From NCBI GenBank assembly GCA_002633005.1, contig NMRA01000175.1, forward strand, positions 314,742 through 378,741: a stretch of 64,000 nt of DNA, read 5' to 3'. This document shows positions 21,150-33,791 of this stretch, piece after piece. The stretch is from Phoronis australis. Its lineage: Eukaryota > Animalia > Phoronida. The translations under genes were made by a program, and so were the position numbers. The notes under the pieces were generated by a model, which had not been told where the DNA came from, did not search any database, and saw only the letters and a list, made by a program, of their open reading frames with translations. Every line of letters starts with the position of its first letter. The stretch's first letter is position 1.

Positions 21150-21491
21150 CTGCGCTTCAATGCCTGAAGCGCCCCCTACCATCTCTCTAACAGCGCTCTC
21201 CTCAATGATGCCCTGGCTGCAGAGCTCCGACGGCTCCTTGCTGCCCGTCACAGAACACACTAGGGAATTATGCGCTAGCTCCACAACACTACACAGGCTC
21301 AATCGCGATGGTGAAACCGTGTCATTGGTGGACGGAAGGGTCTCCATGACAACCCCCGGGGTCACATTGCTGGGGTTGTCCACTCCCTGCGTGCTGTCGA
21401 CTAACTGAATGGATGAGACCTTCATTAAATCAATGGCAGAATCTACTTGGCGAACGCTATCCTTCTCGGGTGTACACTGTACACAGCCCAT
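21150..21491 (-). CDS. Putative alternative first coding exon of the peroxiredoxin, giving a 114-aa N-terminal extension starting MGCVQC
   Basis: ATG at 21491; 114 open codons to a phase-0 donor CAG|gtaatt. The Prx acceptor at 19067 is followed by exactly 9 nt (CCA ATC ACC) before the Prx ATG, so the join is in frame. The segment is GC-richer than the flanking intron. Confidence 0.62.
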
Positions 21492-24080
21492 GAATACAGC
21501 AACAACCTCTCGTATAAATAGCTATTGTACTTCAAGCAAACACCGATACGTATATACACATATGTACTTGGATATGACTGGCCATCGAGAAAGTGTATAA
21601 CGGTACTGGGAATATACATCACCGACAGCATATATATAATTCTTTTAGTGCGTTATATAAAGTTCGGATCACGTGATAAATCTATTTGAAAGAACACAGA
21701 TAACAAGCAGTCACAGATAGCAGATTTTAGTTAACGACCACCTCAACTACAGAAAACTTAATTGTGAACAACTACCATAGCTATTACTGGCTCCCCAAGT
21801 ATCCCCTCTGTGAACAATACCATCAGCAGGGGACCTTCGGTAGGACGTCCACAGCAGGTGTCCGTGATCGCGACCCAGGTTGGAACTTCTCTTGAGAAGA
21901 ATATGACCGTCAAGAGCAGTTTGGCTGCCGCCACACAGTGAGTGTTAGAGTGGCCATTAAAATTGTAAATAGAAACCACTACTCCATGTTTGATAAGGAG
22001 ATAAGAAATTCAGGCTGTAATTGATTTTGTGGATTGACTTTGCAACAAATGTAAACATAAATGTTTTGGAAAGTACTACGTGCTGGTATTAAATCTATTG
22101 CGAGAACGGTAAAATCTCATCAATTTCAAACAATAATAATTGCAAAACTAGCATTTTTTTGTAATGCGGTTGTGAATATTTCTTCACACTACAGAGTATT
22201 GTCTGTTGGTAACTATGGTCCATCAGTTAAATATGACAAAGCATCCTTAGAACTACCCAACACTTAATGAAAAAATGATAAAATAACATTTCAAATATTG
22301 TGTCCTGAATTGAGAATTTAACATAATAGCCAAAATTGGTTGTTTCATTGATTTTTCTAAAGCTTCTGACACTGTTGTGAAAGCCAACAGTTCCTGAAAA
22401 CAAGGCAAAAATGAGACTTCAATAGTTTTTGACGTACAAAAGTCAAGATATTTCAGAGTAAACCATGAAAATTTTGGTTACTTGTGCCAAAACCAATAAA
22501 ATTTGAGGATTTTTTCCTACACAGCAGAAAGTTCATCAAAACGCACCCACTCTCAGCTAACGAGCAATGGTTTACCAAATATTTGTTGTTCCTTCGTGGG
22601 GACTATTCGTTCGTTAACTTGTCACCGTTTCCACAAAGATGTGGCCGGCCCTTAAGAATAAACCGTGTGTTCAGGTATTGTGAGTTTTCTGTGCAAGGTA
22701 ACAGCGTCCACCGTGCGTGGTAATTCGCTTTCTGGGAAGACATCTATAGCCCAAGGTTACAGTTTGTCTCTCTCCTCTTGGTCATTCATACAGAATCACA
22801 TTTTGTACAAAAAAACAAAAGCATTTAGTTCATGAGAAAGTAGCAATCTAGGACCATTACTCACAGGTAAAAACAAAGCCAAATTTCAGATTTATTACAA
22901 AACTAACATGATTTAGTCTACTTCCGCTTACGAAGAGGTCAAAGTGGCCTCAAATTGATCCGTTTAAAGTCAAATTATGTGATTTCTTGGATGGAACTGA
23001 CCTTTCATCATTGCTTGAGACCAGACCCTACAGGTTGACTTGTCACAGTGAGGGGTCATTACACAAGCTAAGCACACCTCAAGCAATAAACAAACTGCCA
23101 GGAAACCAATTGACCTATCCCAACCTCTGCCCCTAGTGAAATGTCGACAAACAATAAGTTTTACCCAGCAACGTGTTGTTTATCGGGTAAAATGGCGGCT
23201 TGGAAACGAAGGTGTGTCAAGAATGCTGCGTTTTAAATGGTCAGTTAAGCTGTCACTCAAAATCCTGGCAACAGGTCAATTCTCATCTGAGTACAGTTTA
23301 GATCAATTTTCAGCAGGAGGTGAACTCAAGTTAGTGTATTAAACAGAACACAGTTTTATAGCTGTTTTAAGTGTTTAATTAAGAAGCCTTGCGTGACATC
23401 CCAAAATGCAATACCTAGGACTCGATTTCCAAGTGCACTGATTAATTATTTCAACAATTGAATTATGAGACATGGAGAAAATATTCGAAATGCGGGAAAC
23501 GAAGAGAATCACAATTGCTGTGATGTAACAGCCACATGCAATGTAGCAGGTGTAGATGATAGTTGTTATACAATAAATGGTTGCAGGAGGTTGAACCCTG
23601 CAATGATAAGCACTGTCTTCTTTGTAACTTAACTACAGCTTGCCATCATATCTTTACCTTCAAGGGAAGTAATAGCCCCTTAAAGCCACACATTTCCTTA
23701 AATGCCACTAAAAATCACCAGAGAGCAGTACACAGGTTTGTAAGCCACTATACACCATGTTCTATAGTTAAAAAGCAATTCTCTTCTCATTCGTATTTGT
23801 TCCTCCAAAGCAACATCGTCATTCTGTTCTTTTCCTTTGTTTGAATTGAAATAGATTTCCATGATTGCTACACTACGTCGTACTTCAGCCTGTGATACTA
23901 ACCAGCCATGACAAGTGACAAGGCAAGGTAAACTGAGCCGGGTCTGAAGGAGTTGAAAAACATCAGTTCTTCTCAAGTCTAGTTCTCAAGTATAGTATTA
24001 ATGCAAGACTGAATAATAATCAATACGAAACTGATTGTATTAAAACTGAAGCTGCATAAATTCAAACAATGTCTCCTTAC

Positions 24081-24221
24081 ATCATGGTGCTCTACCGACA
24101 CGGCTGGATATGGTGACCAGCATGTCGCCAGTGCCACATTAGATTTTGTTCGGTGACCTCATAAAAATCCCGGGTAGCCAAAAAAGTCCCCATGCCCACG
24201 TTCAAACACGCACTCAACAGT
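24081..24221 (-). other. Candidate internal, probably 5'UTR, exon of the peroxiredoxin transcription unit
   Basis: Strong acceptor ttttctttctttag| and donor |gtaagg on -; 141 nt; stops in all three frames; gcaccATG lies 5 nt before the donor. Confidence 0.4.
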
Positions 24222-26030
24222 CTAAAGAAAGAAAACAGACTGAAGTCGGAATCGTTCGGCATAAATCGGAAGGGTTCGTTTATGAGAGACGCACAGGTAA
24301 CACGTGCCAATCATCTGCTGGAGCCTTAGAAGGTGAGCCTTAGAAGTTAGAAGGTGAGCCTGTGCATGATATATTACCGGTAGGTCCAAGAGGGTGAAAT
24401 TGGTTGTTACCAAGCATATGACGCAATCCCAATATTCCATTTGTCAAAAAATAACCCTGGGCAATCCCAGGTACACAGTTTGTCAGTTTTTCACTTTGAT
24501 ACCTAGTTTACATCATTTTGAGCCCTTACCAACCACAAAGAGCCAGGAGTTTTGCAGCCACCTCCCTCCTAACCCTGTGAATATTATTAGACACACTCTG
24601 CAACAGACCACTAAAGTTATTTTCTGTGGATTAGCTGAAAATAGGCCACCAAACAACTTGCATTGAAGCCACGCTTGAAGAACCCTGCTTATTGATAGAA
24701 GGCTCAGATTTATTTGCTTTTACTATCCTAATGCAGTGAGTTACCATTGATTTCATAATTAAGTTAATTGCACTACAAGCCGATTGGAATTCATTGACTG
24801 TTTTGCCCTCAGTCTCTTCACTATAGTAACTAGATTCATTTCACCATGCTCCTACTACTTGATACCCATAAGGTGGCTTAACGCCTATTTACAGATTTTT
24901 CAGAATAGGGTATCACTTATAAACACACATGCTTGGCAATAGGTCCACCTTCAAATCATGAATGTGAGGGTTATGGTTCTGTAAGGTTATGTAGGACCTT
25001 ATGGACCTGCCCGAGTATTTTGCCAAATATCTAACAAACTATAGATTTTAGCTCAGTAAAAGTACATATTTTCGGAAAGCAGAAAGCTAGTAGAATTCGA
25101 TTCGTGACTAATTACCAATTTTTCTTTAATTGGGAGAAGTGGCCATGTATTTTCAGTAAAATTTAGGAAAAAAAAGATACAGTCAAAGCAAAATATCGGT
25201 ATCAAATAACATGACCAAATTCCAGTTGAAATAAATGTTCATTGCATGCAACTTACAAGTTTCTTTCATAAAAATGAAATGTTTTTCTTTTTGACAGCCC
25301 CTGGAGCATAAGTGGCACATGTTCAAAACAATTCATAAGAACATAACAGTACATCAAGAATACTATCGGAAAGTTTCCTATGGATCCAATCAGCAATTTC
25401 TGAGATATGATGTTCAGAAGACCAAAGTACATTTTTCTAGGGTCCCAATAACCTTAAATTATCAATCTTCAGAAATGCTCCTACTACCAAGAGAGACACA
25501 ATTCAACTGCCTGTAAATGACTACTAGTAACAGGACATTATCACTGTTCTGCTCCAATTTTCATTAATAGAGGACTTTTCATATTGGCGCTCTCTAGAGT
25601 AATGAGGGCGAGAAAGTGACTTCCACTTGATCCTGAATCAGATTTGGTGGACAAAAATTCGTTGCTACAAAGAGCGGTTCATTAATTAAGAACAGAGGAA
25701 CAGATCCCATTGTCAATCCCTCCCAAATGTTTGATTAGGTTAAGTTCACTAATTTATTTTATCTTTTTGACATCGACAGCGATCCAAATTCTACCCCTTT
25801 ATCACTCGCAGCCATAGACTCTGCAGAAGCGGATTGTTCATTCCAGTGGTAAATGTATGTGTCACCATGTCCTTCATCTATGGATATTTCAAGAGCTTTG
25901 CCTTTTTCCATAAGCCATTAGTATACCTCACTGCACATTAGTGAACATTTGCCGGCATTATGATAGTAGGAAAGGTGTTACTGCGCTGTTTATACCACCA
26001 GGTTGAAACCTCCCGTCCACATTATACATT

Positions 26031-26077
26031 ATAATAGTAATAATAATAACAATAAAAATAATAATAATAATAATAAC
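26031..26077. repeat. (AAT)n microsatellite
   Basis: Directly visible, imperfect. Confidence 0.85.
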
Positions 26078-27864
26078 AAACTTTATTTAAAGAGGATAAA
26101 AATACAATAAATGTAAAACATGCTAATGTCCAGCATGGTCCTGTAGGTGGCGCTGAACACCTGTCCACCAAAGACGTGATCGCCAAAAACCAGCTACTGT
26201 TGCTGTAGATGGAGTTGTGGTTCACAAGTGTTAAACCCATGATTGATAGTTCGGTATTAAACACCCACCAACTTTTAAAAATTGCTTTTAAACACCCATG
26301 CTCCACTAAACACTACCCCCCCCCCCCCCNNNCCCCCCCCCCCCCGATTGTTTAGATTTTCCCTAAATATGTCTTCAGCATTAACCCAGAAGAAATACGT
26401 TAAGTTGAAGTTTATTTTGATAGCTGATCTTAGTTTCCCTAGAAGAATAAAAAAGCTACAACAAGAAAAGAAAAAGCATAATAAAGCACATTTAATAAAA
26501 TTTCTGAAATTTTATTAACTGTTAATCATACGAAGCATTAAGGGAAACTATCTCCTTAGAAATTTGTTAAACGTTTTTACCTTGAACCTACAAGAAAATA
26601 TTCCAGTGCTTAATAATTAATTACCAGGTGGGCAGTCAACAGAGTGAAGAAATTAGTCACACAAACTCTAAGTAGCTACAAACCCACCATACCATTCTGT
26701 TCCATGGAAAAAACAAGGCTCACTTAGACAACTTATGGCTATAAAATTGATCTCAATGACTTGTTCCCTACTCTGATGAGAAGTGATGGTCTTGCAAAGA
26801 ACCGACAGTTCTCGATTCCTTCAGGTCACGCTCAGCGCCTAAAATAACCCGCCACAACAAACCAACTTGTAGAACATGGTCGCAATAACGAACTGTCAGC
26901 TCTTTGAAACCCTGAAATCACCTCTAGCTTGACTAAGGAACAATTGAGAACGATTTAATCATGGTAAGTCGTCCACAGTAAAAGTTGTTTTGTGATGGAA
27001 GGGGGGATTACAGCTACTTTAACAGAAAAGTTCAAACCTGAGTTGAAAAGAGTCGCGCTTTACTGAGCAGGCAGGCAGCGGATGAACGTGACTGGCTAGT
27101 TACAAGTTGTGATACGTGACGTTTGACGCAGCCACTGAGAACACGCGCACCGGTCACAAGAAGTGTAGACATGACCTGACCTGAAATGGAGGTCACAGGT
27201 CACCCTTAGGTCAAATGTTGCCCCAATGTCTCAAAATGGTTCAATAGCAAAGTTCGCAAGAGGGTGTTTTTACGTTGATGGATACGTCATCTTGGATCCA
27301 AGTAACACAAGAAACAATGTATTGGTTACTGTTTATCACATGACATGCGATGTCTTTTGACCCCCCTACCTTTTATTGGACACAAATCGTAAAGCTTAGT
27401 TATCAGCGGATGTCTTCAGCTTGGGCCCAATGGACAAGTGTTGCAATGATTAATGTGTGGATTAATGAATGGTGGCTGAATGTAGTGTGGCGGACTTTGT
27501 ACTGCTGTACTATTAGAGGAGGCTGAGGCAGAAAATAGTAGGTTGAGTTAGAATCTGAGACATCCAACTAAGGTTGACCTGAGAAAGCAAGTTCAGATAA
27601 AGAGAAACTGGTGTCTGTTATCAAGGTCACACAGCACTTAGACACTGTAACACTGGCATTAGGACAACTTGATGTATAAAACCTGGTTTCAATTGATAGC
27701 TAGTTAATGAAACAGTTCAGAAAAAAGTTATGTATCGTATACAATATGCTTCTATAGCACCACCAATTCCTAGCAGACTTCACAATGCAATGGGAAGTGC
27801 TGTGCCCATCACGTGGGAACTAAAGTGTGAATCAAATAACGAGGTCAAAAAAGCGTGCGCGCGT

Positions 27865-27935
27865 ACACACACACACCACTACCACCACCACCATCACCAC
27901 CACCACCACCACCACCACCACCACCACCACCACTA
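27865..27935. repeat. (CA)n followed by (CAC)n microsatellite
   Basis: Directly visible; accounts for the spurious poly-His and poly-Gly ORFs. Confidence 0.9.
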
Positions 27936-28337
27936 CTAGAAGAAAGCAACTCTAATCTCCATACACTGTAACTGCCCAGATACACTGGAAACGAGGCCAT
28001 TTTACTGAGGCCTGAGTGAGGGGACATTTCAGGTGTCAATTGGAGCAATGAATCCTGCAGACCTGCTGGGCAGAGGTTAGTGACGTAAAAAGGAACCGTA
28101 TCATTTTCAGAAGGCATAGGAAGAAGACACTTTAATGATCTTATTACTGTAAAATCAGGCAAAAATAATTTCCTTTTTCTTTGTCGTTTTTAAAGGCCTT
28201 TAACATTGTTGTGAAATACTACAACTTCCCAAAACCATTGTCAGATGTCATGGAATTTATTTGATCTGACCATTTATGAAAAAATGAAATTTCACGTGTC
28301 AGCCATTATGTGTCCTAAATTGGCGAGGTTTTACCTA

Positions 28338-28843
28338 AAGGCCCTTTCATATTGACTTAACTCTGATCTGAGCGAAGCGTCGACATAAAAAGTGCAGTTA
28401 ACTGGACCGTTCATACTGGCTTTGGTAGTTAATGAACATCAAAGTAAGCGGTTGGTACCGCTGTCGTCATCGAAGTTATCGCAAGGTAGCGTTGCACGCT
28501 AAGATTTTTTTCAATGTTTCAATTTGGAAACATTTACATGTGCTAAGTGACATTAAATTTGATTTTAAATCGATTGGTTACTATTGGAGCAAAATATAAG
28601 CAGCAAGTGATAGCACTACCGTGTAACTGTTGACGATAAAAGTGGCACCTGGCGATAACTCCGATTGGACCAAAGTCAAGCGTTCATACTGCACCACTGC
28701 GTCGACGTTGCGCTATTAAATTCACCTGTTAACTGCAATGTTAACTGGAGCTGTTAACTGCGATCCAGGACCGGAGTTAAGCGTTCTTACTGACCGCAAT
28801 TCCCCAAACCACCAACGCGTCGACGTTAGTATGAAAGGCCCTT
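28338..28843. mobile_element. ~510-bp MITE, copy 1 (PIF/Harbinger-like)
   Basis: TIRs aaggccctttcatattgac / gttagtatgaaaggccctt in a TA/TWA context; internal gttcatact repeats; homologous copy at 61256-61772. Confidence 0.8.
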
Positions 28844-29640
28844 TAGAGTGACTACAAGGAATGAGTCTGTAGGTGAGCACCAAGTCTGGTCACTAAGGAT
28901 AGGTGATCTCAAGTTACGATTGCTGGCCATGACCAATAACCCTGAACAAGTTTTTCCTAGAACAAATTGTCACTACTAATAGGTTAAGTAGTAGAGTGCA
29001 TGCTATTTGTACCGGGGCAACTTAATATATATGTGTGACAACTTACCCCACTTCAGTGAAGCAGGGTTATTTGCACCAGCGAAAGTCATAGTGTGAACGC
29101 AAACCTGCAGGGGAAGTACTAACCAGCTGCATGACTGCTCAGCTGCACAAATTACTGGTGGCTGATACTTTTGTACCTTACTTGTCACTAGGAGCAAGTT
29201 GTGTAGAGTGAACGCTAAGTCGGTCAAGAGCAAATTGTTCTAGCCAGGGTAACTTGAAGTATGGACAGGACTAATGTGAAACATGTCTGTAGATTACTCC
29301 CTGTCACATCATGCCATGCATAACATTTGACACTAACAGGTCTCAAAACAACCTGAGAATCAGATTTTATGGAAACATTTAAAAATAAGCCAGACTTCCA
29401 GCAGCTGCCCACCTAGGAAATGTCTATTTTAGAGCAACAAGGGGCTGTACTGGACATCGGCTGATGTTGTTCATATCAGATTTAATGTTCAAGTGACAGT
29501 ATTGATTAGATAACACATCATAAAATGTGCCAGATTTAATTCACAAATCACATTCCACAACTGCTTCAGTTTTTCTTAACAGATGAAGGGTTAACCAGAG
29601 GAATTTTTAACTTCTGTAACACTTTGATCAAGAAACATGG

Positions 29641-29677
29641 ATTGTATTTTATTGTATTGTATTGTATTGTATTGTAT
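29641..29677. repeat. (ATTGT)n microsatellite
   Basis: Directly visible. Confidence 0.85.
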
Positions 29678-30781
29678 TTGAACTGTATACATTTGGTTTC
29701 CTGCCATTATCACATTCTGAGACTGACAAGTTTTTCAAGTCAAAAGTATGTGAAGATTTAAGTTAAAATGGCAATTTTGGCAAATATTTTGCAGCAAAAT
29801 TAGTGATAAACTACCATGCTAAGTTTATGGTGGAGCGTTTGACCACAGCAATCGTAGACTAACTCCAATTTCCAATAGCCCCTTTAAAAGTTATCTACAC
29901 TAACTGCCTTCTTGCAAAAAAATTTTTATAGAGTACATTTGGAAACGATTTAGACAGGTTATTGATGTCAGCATTATTAGCCTCAAAAAGCAATAAGGAT
30001 GCAAGCTCTCGTGTCGTAATGGCATGACGACTCACAAGATAGGGGTAACATATTACTAATTAAATATGTTTGGGAGATTTGAAATTTCAATGCACAAGTT
30101 CAAATAAAGAAACATGATGATGTTATTGGTAAGTATTACCAGAACTTTTTCTAGATTCACCTCGACAACAGACGGACACTGTGTAGTCATACTATTGTTT
30201 TGTAGGACTTTTTTCTGGTGTGTGCCATTCACAAGTAGCTGTTGAACAAGAGTGGGAATCGACAATAAACTGTTATTAGTATGTATATTGGGTGCGAGGC
30301 GACACTGTAAAGCAAAAACAAACCTGTCTCTTGTCACAACAAAATAATATCCGATTTATAACACTTGGGCATTGTTTGCACTTTATGATTTGTCTGCATA
30401 GCTACTGTTTGCACCTGTTCGGCGCTGAAGTTGCTGAAATATTACCGTCTACACTAAGAGATGACAAGTTACTGGCATGTCGAAAATAGCTTAATCCAGA
30501 CGATCAGCACAATACGATAAAATCTTTCCAATTTAGGACACAACATGGTTGACAAAAGAATTTCTATTTTCTAATTTTTTCCACGAAAGATATGTAGTAC
30601 CAAAACTAATGCTTCCCAGTATTCAATTTCTGTACCATAGAATCAATCAAACAATGATTAGAAAAACTGTGGGCATTCATATTCACAACAACGTGAGATG
30701 CCCTAGAAAATGAGAAAAGGTTGGTAAACCTTCATTTTTGTCTGAAATTGATGAGATTTTATTGTACTTCTTTAGTCTAAT

Positions 30782-31085
30782 TTATTTAACCCTAAGGACA
30801 AAATTACTATGGGTCTACGGTCCAGGGTAGTGTACAAATTTATCTGTGCTGGATGTGGCTGGACTTATATAGGTGAAACTGTTCGCCATTTGAAAACCCA
30901 AACCAGGGAACATCTAAATTCTGTCAGAAGTTCACACACTAATATTCATCTACAGAGCTCCAATCATTGTTATGAGCAATGCTCTTTCAATGACTTTGTT
31001 AAAATATACCAAGCAGTATCAACAAAGTAGCTGAAAATTTGTGAGGCTCTACACATGAACTGGTGTAAGCTCAGTCTAATAGGCA
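30782..31085 (+). mobile_element. Decayed Penelope-like retroelement fragment, GIY-YIG endonuclease domain
   Basis: Translation KDKITMGLRSRVVYKFICAGCGWTYIGETVRHLKTQTREHL...SH...HL...*LKICEALHMNW has the VVY/CxxC/YIGET/R..EH/EA pattern of PLE endonucleases, with an in-frame stop. Confidence 0.8.
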
Positions 31086-33234
31086 AATGGCAAACCTCAG
31101 TTTGTCATTGTTAGTCTAGTCTATTGTTACTGCCCTGTAACTGACTGTATCTGTGTACATCTTACTTGTTGTTGGGCCTAGCGAGGAGGCCACTGTTTTT
31201 TTCTTCTGATAGTATCTTAATAAATGCCGAAACATGACAAAACACGTTAAAATCTGTCGTTTTTATTAACATATGCTGCTACTTGCTGTGATGGAGATTA
31301 TTGTACTTCGCTTAGCAAACAATGGGAGAGCAGGCAACATCAAAGCAAATGAAGCGGAGTAAAGAAAGCGAACAAAAGCAGGTTGATTTTCGGAGAGAAA
31401 GCCCCTGCCTTTGGAATAAAACAAGGAAAGACCAAACCAAAAGAATGTAAAAATGTGCAAGAACATAAATCCAATGAACTTCATATTCCGAATATAAAGT
31501 ACATGTTTTTGTATCATGAGCTGGGGTTTATCATTCATTTATCAAGGTATCTAGTTAAACATCAATTTTCCTACTGACATCCAGGTTCTTGTCACAGGAG
31601 TGGAGGTCAGTGACTACAGTGTGTGAGAACATGTTCACTGCGACTTGACATACCAGTTGCAACAACTCTAGTCACTCCCAGTTGACCGACACCTGCATAA
31701 TCGTAACTGGTTGTCTTGTGTATACAACGAATCATCACAAATCGCTAAGTGCGAACAGGCCTTAACCATTGTGAAATTGGTCTCAAACTGTTCCTTAAGC
31801 AAATCCGAGACGATAACTGGATTTAGAAAGAGCCGATGGCTCATTAATTATCGAGACCAGACTATACAAGTAGGCTTTTCACCACGGGTCCTTTTATGAT
31901 CTCAAATCTATGATGAACTGTCTTTTTCCAAGCCCAAAACCACTGGAGCAACTGAGTTAGGAAAAGTTGAGATCAGTTACGTATTGTTAACTTGTCTGTA
32001 TTAAAAGTCAGTCTTTCTATAAAATGCGGGTTTCAGCCAATTACACCTAGCTGATCGGAAGTACCCAGACACACCTCTGGCTGAATTGACCCAAATCTTT
32101 TCCTATGCCAAAAATTGCCTATGACTTTGGATCTTTCTTTTATCAGATTAAAATGACTGGTATGTCCAAAACTGTAAATTGTAAATCTGATGACAGACAA
32201 TGTTTTTATATTGTTTCATCAGAAATCCAGTCCAACTCAAGGTACCTTGTACTTTGTCAATAGATATACTATGTACATGAACATGGTCGCTGCAATTTTG
32301 ACAAAAGGCTATCATTTTTCAACACCAGAAGCGAACGACACACTGCAACAAATGGACGGAGGTGCTCACCCAGGTATCACTTTGACCACTGTTAAGTGTT
32401 CGAATTTAGCTTACTAAGAAATTGAAACTGAAGACAATAAAAATTACATTAAGTGTACATTAAATGACAAATAGTCGTAACCGCATTTTTGTTATTTCAC
32501 ACAAGCAAATGAAAACTAAATTTTTAAAATAAATCAACATAAAATGAAAACAGCAATAGTGCTGGTAATCTTAAGAACAATTTTTAGACCTGGAATTCCT
32601 GTTTTCAACCTGAAATTTCAAATTTTGACTTGGAATTTTTCGGGGGTAGAAAAATTGTTGACCTAGGAATTTTTCCGCAGTTGAAGGCTGGTGGGTAAAA
32701 CAGCTCAATCTATAATGACAAAAAACATGTTCATGGGAGGCTTTAAGAGAAGAATGAGCAGAGCAAGAACTGATTCCATAAGAAACATTTAACTACATTT
32801 CAATTCCACAGACTGATTACACAAACACTGTCACATGCCATTGGCACTGATTTGCAATTTGGCTGCAATACCCTGGAGATTTGTGTGCACAGCTAATATT
32901 CTAATCTAATATTATAATTTTCTTCATAAACTCAACAATACAGTGATTTGTGTAAGGCTGGTTAGAAGAAAAATAACCGATGAGACTGAGTCAGAAGTCA
33001 TGATGCAAACGGGGTTATCAGGGTTATGTAAGTCGAAAGCATGCTAGCTTCAGCAGCATACTAGCCATAGAACAATCTAGATTTTCTGAACGTCAATTGA
33101 ATAATACAGTTCAACTGAGGTCGAAATTCAACTACATAAAATGAAGCCATCATTTCAAGAAACACTTTAAAGTGTCATCGGTGTTAAAGAAGCGCAATAA
33201 TTGCATTTTTCGATAACAATTCAACCCAACTTAC

Positions 33235-33306
33235 CAGGAGACTGGAGTAGCACGTCGTGAAGGAACAACGATAGCGAGGCCGTGTTCCACGACCTCTATT
33301 GATTGG
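33235..33306 (-). promoter_or_regulatory. Candidate distal promoter and non-coding first exon of the peroxiredoxin gene
   Basis: CpG-rich, ATG-free segment ending in a consensus donor CTG|gtaagt (exon end 33235), with a CCAAT box (plus-strand gattgg, 33301-33306) just upstream. The sequence between here and Prx looks A/C-skewed on + by eye, consistent with a minus-strand intron. Confidence 0.45.
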
Positions 33307-33349
33307 ATTTGAAAGACGAAGGAGCTGGCCGACTGGCGGCGGAAAGGTG

Positions 33350-33791
33350 GGCCCGCTCTACGTGAACTTGGAATCCTGCTTCATCTCAAAATTAAGCGGA
33401 AGTGAGTGTTGCGTGAACTTGGAATACGCTAGGCAACTTGACAAGTTCACTCAAATAATCACGTTCATGTTCATAAAAATTTGCACTGCACTAAATCAAG
33501 TTACATTTGAATAAAATAATGTCAATTTTAACCAGAATTTTCAACAACGGGCGATCAGTTTCACCAAACTATAATCGATTTAGCCATTCACATATTCCTC
33601 CGGTTCATCGACACAAGTTACGGTAAAGGAGAAAATGGTTGATCGCGAGGCCAATAATTACAAAAGTTCTTTTCACCAAACAAAAATTTCACCCTTTTGC
33701 CTTAAAGAATATTCAATTCCTAGTTCACGCAACACTAACTTCCACTTAATCTTGAGATTAAGCAGGATTCCAAGTTCACGCACAGCAGGCC
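33350..33791. mobile_element. ~440-bp MITE with ~70-bp TIRs, copy 1
   Basis: Left end ggcccgctctacgtgaacttggaatcctgctt...gttgcgtgaacttggaat is mirrored by attcctagttcacgcaac...aagcaggattccaagttcacgcacagcaggcc; second copy at 42766-43190. Confidence 0.85.

Noticed and set aside
27730-28162. Poly-His and poly-Gly ORFs
   Set aside because: They are produced by the (CAC)n microsatellite.
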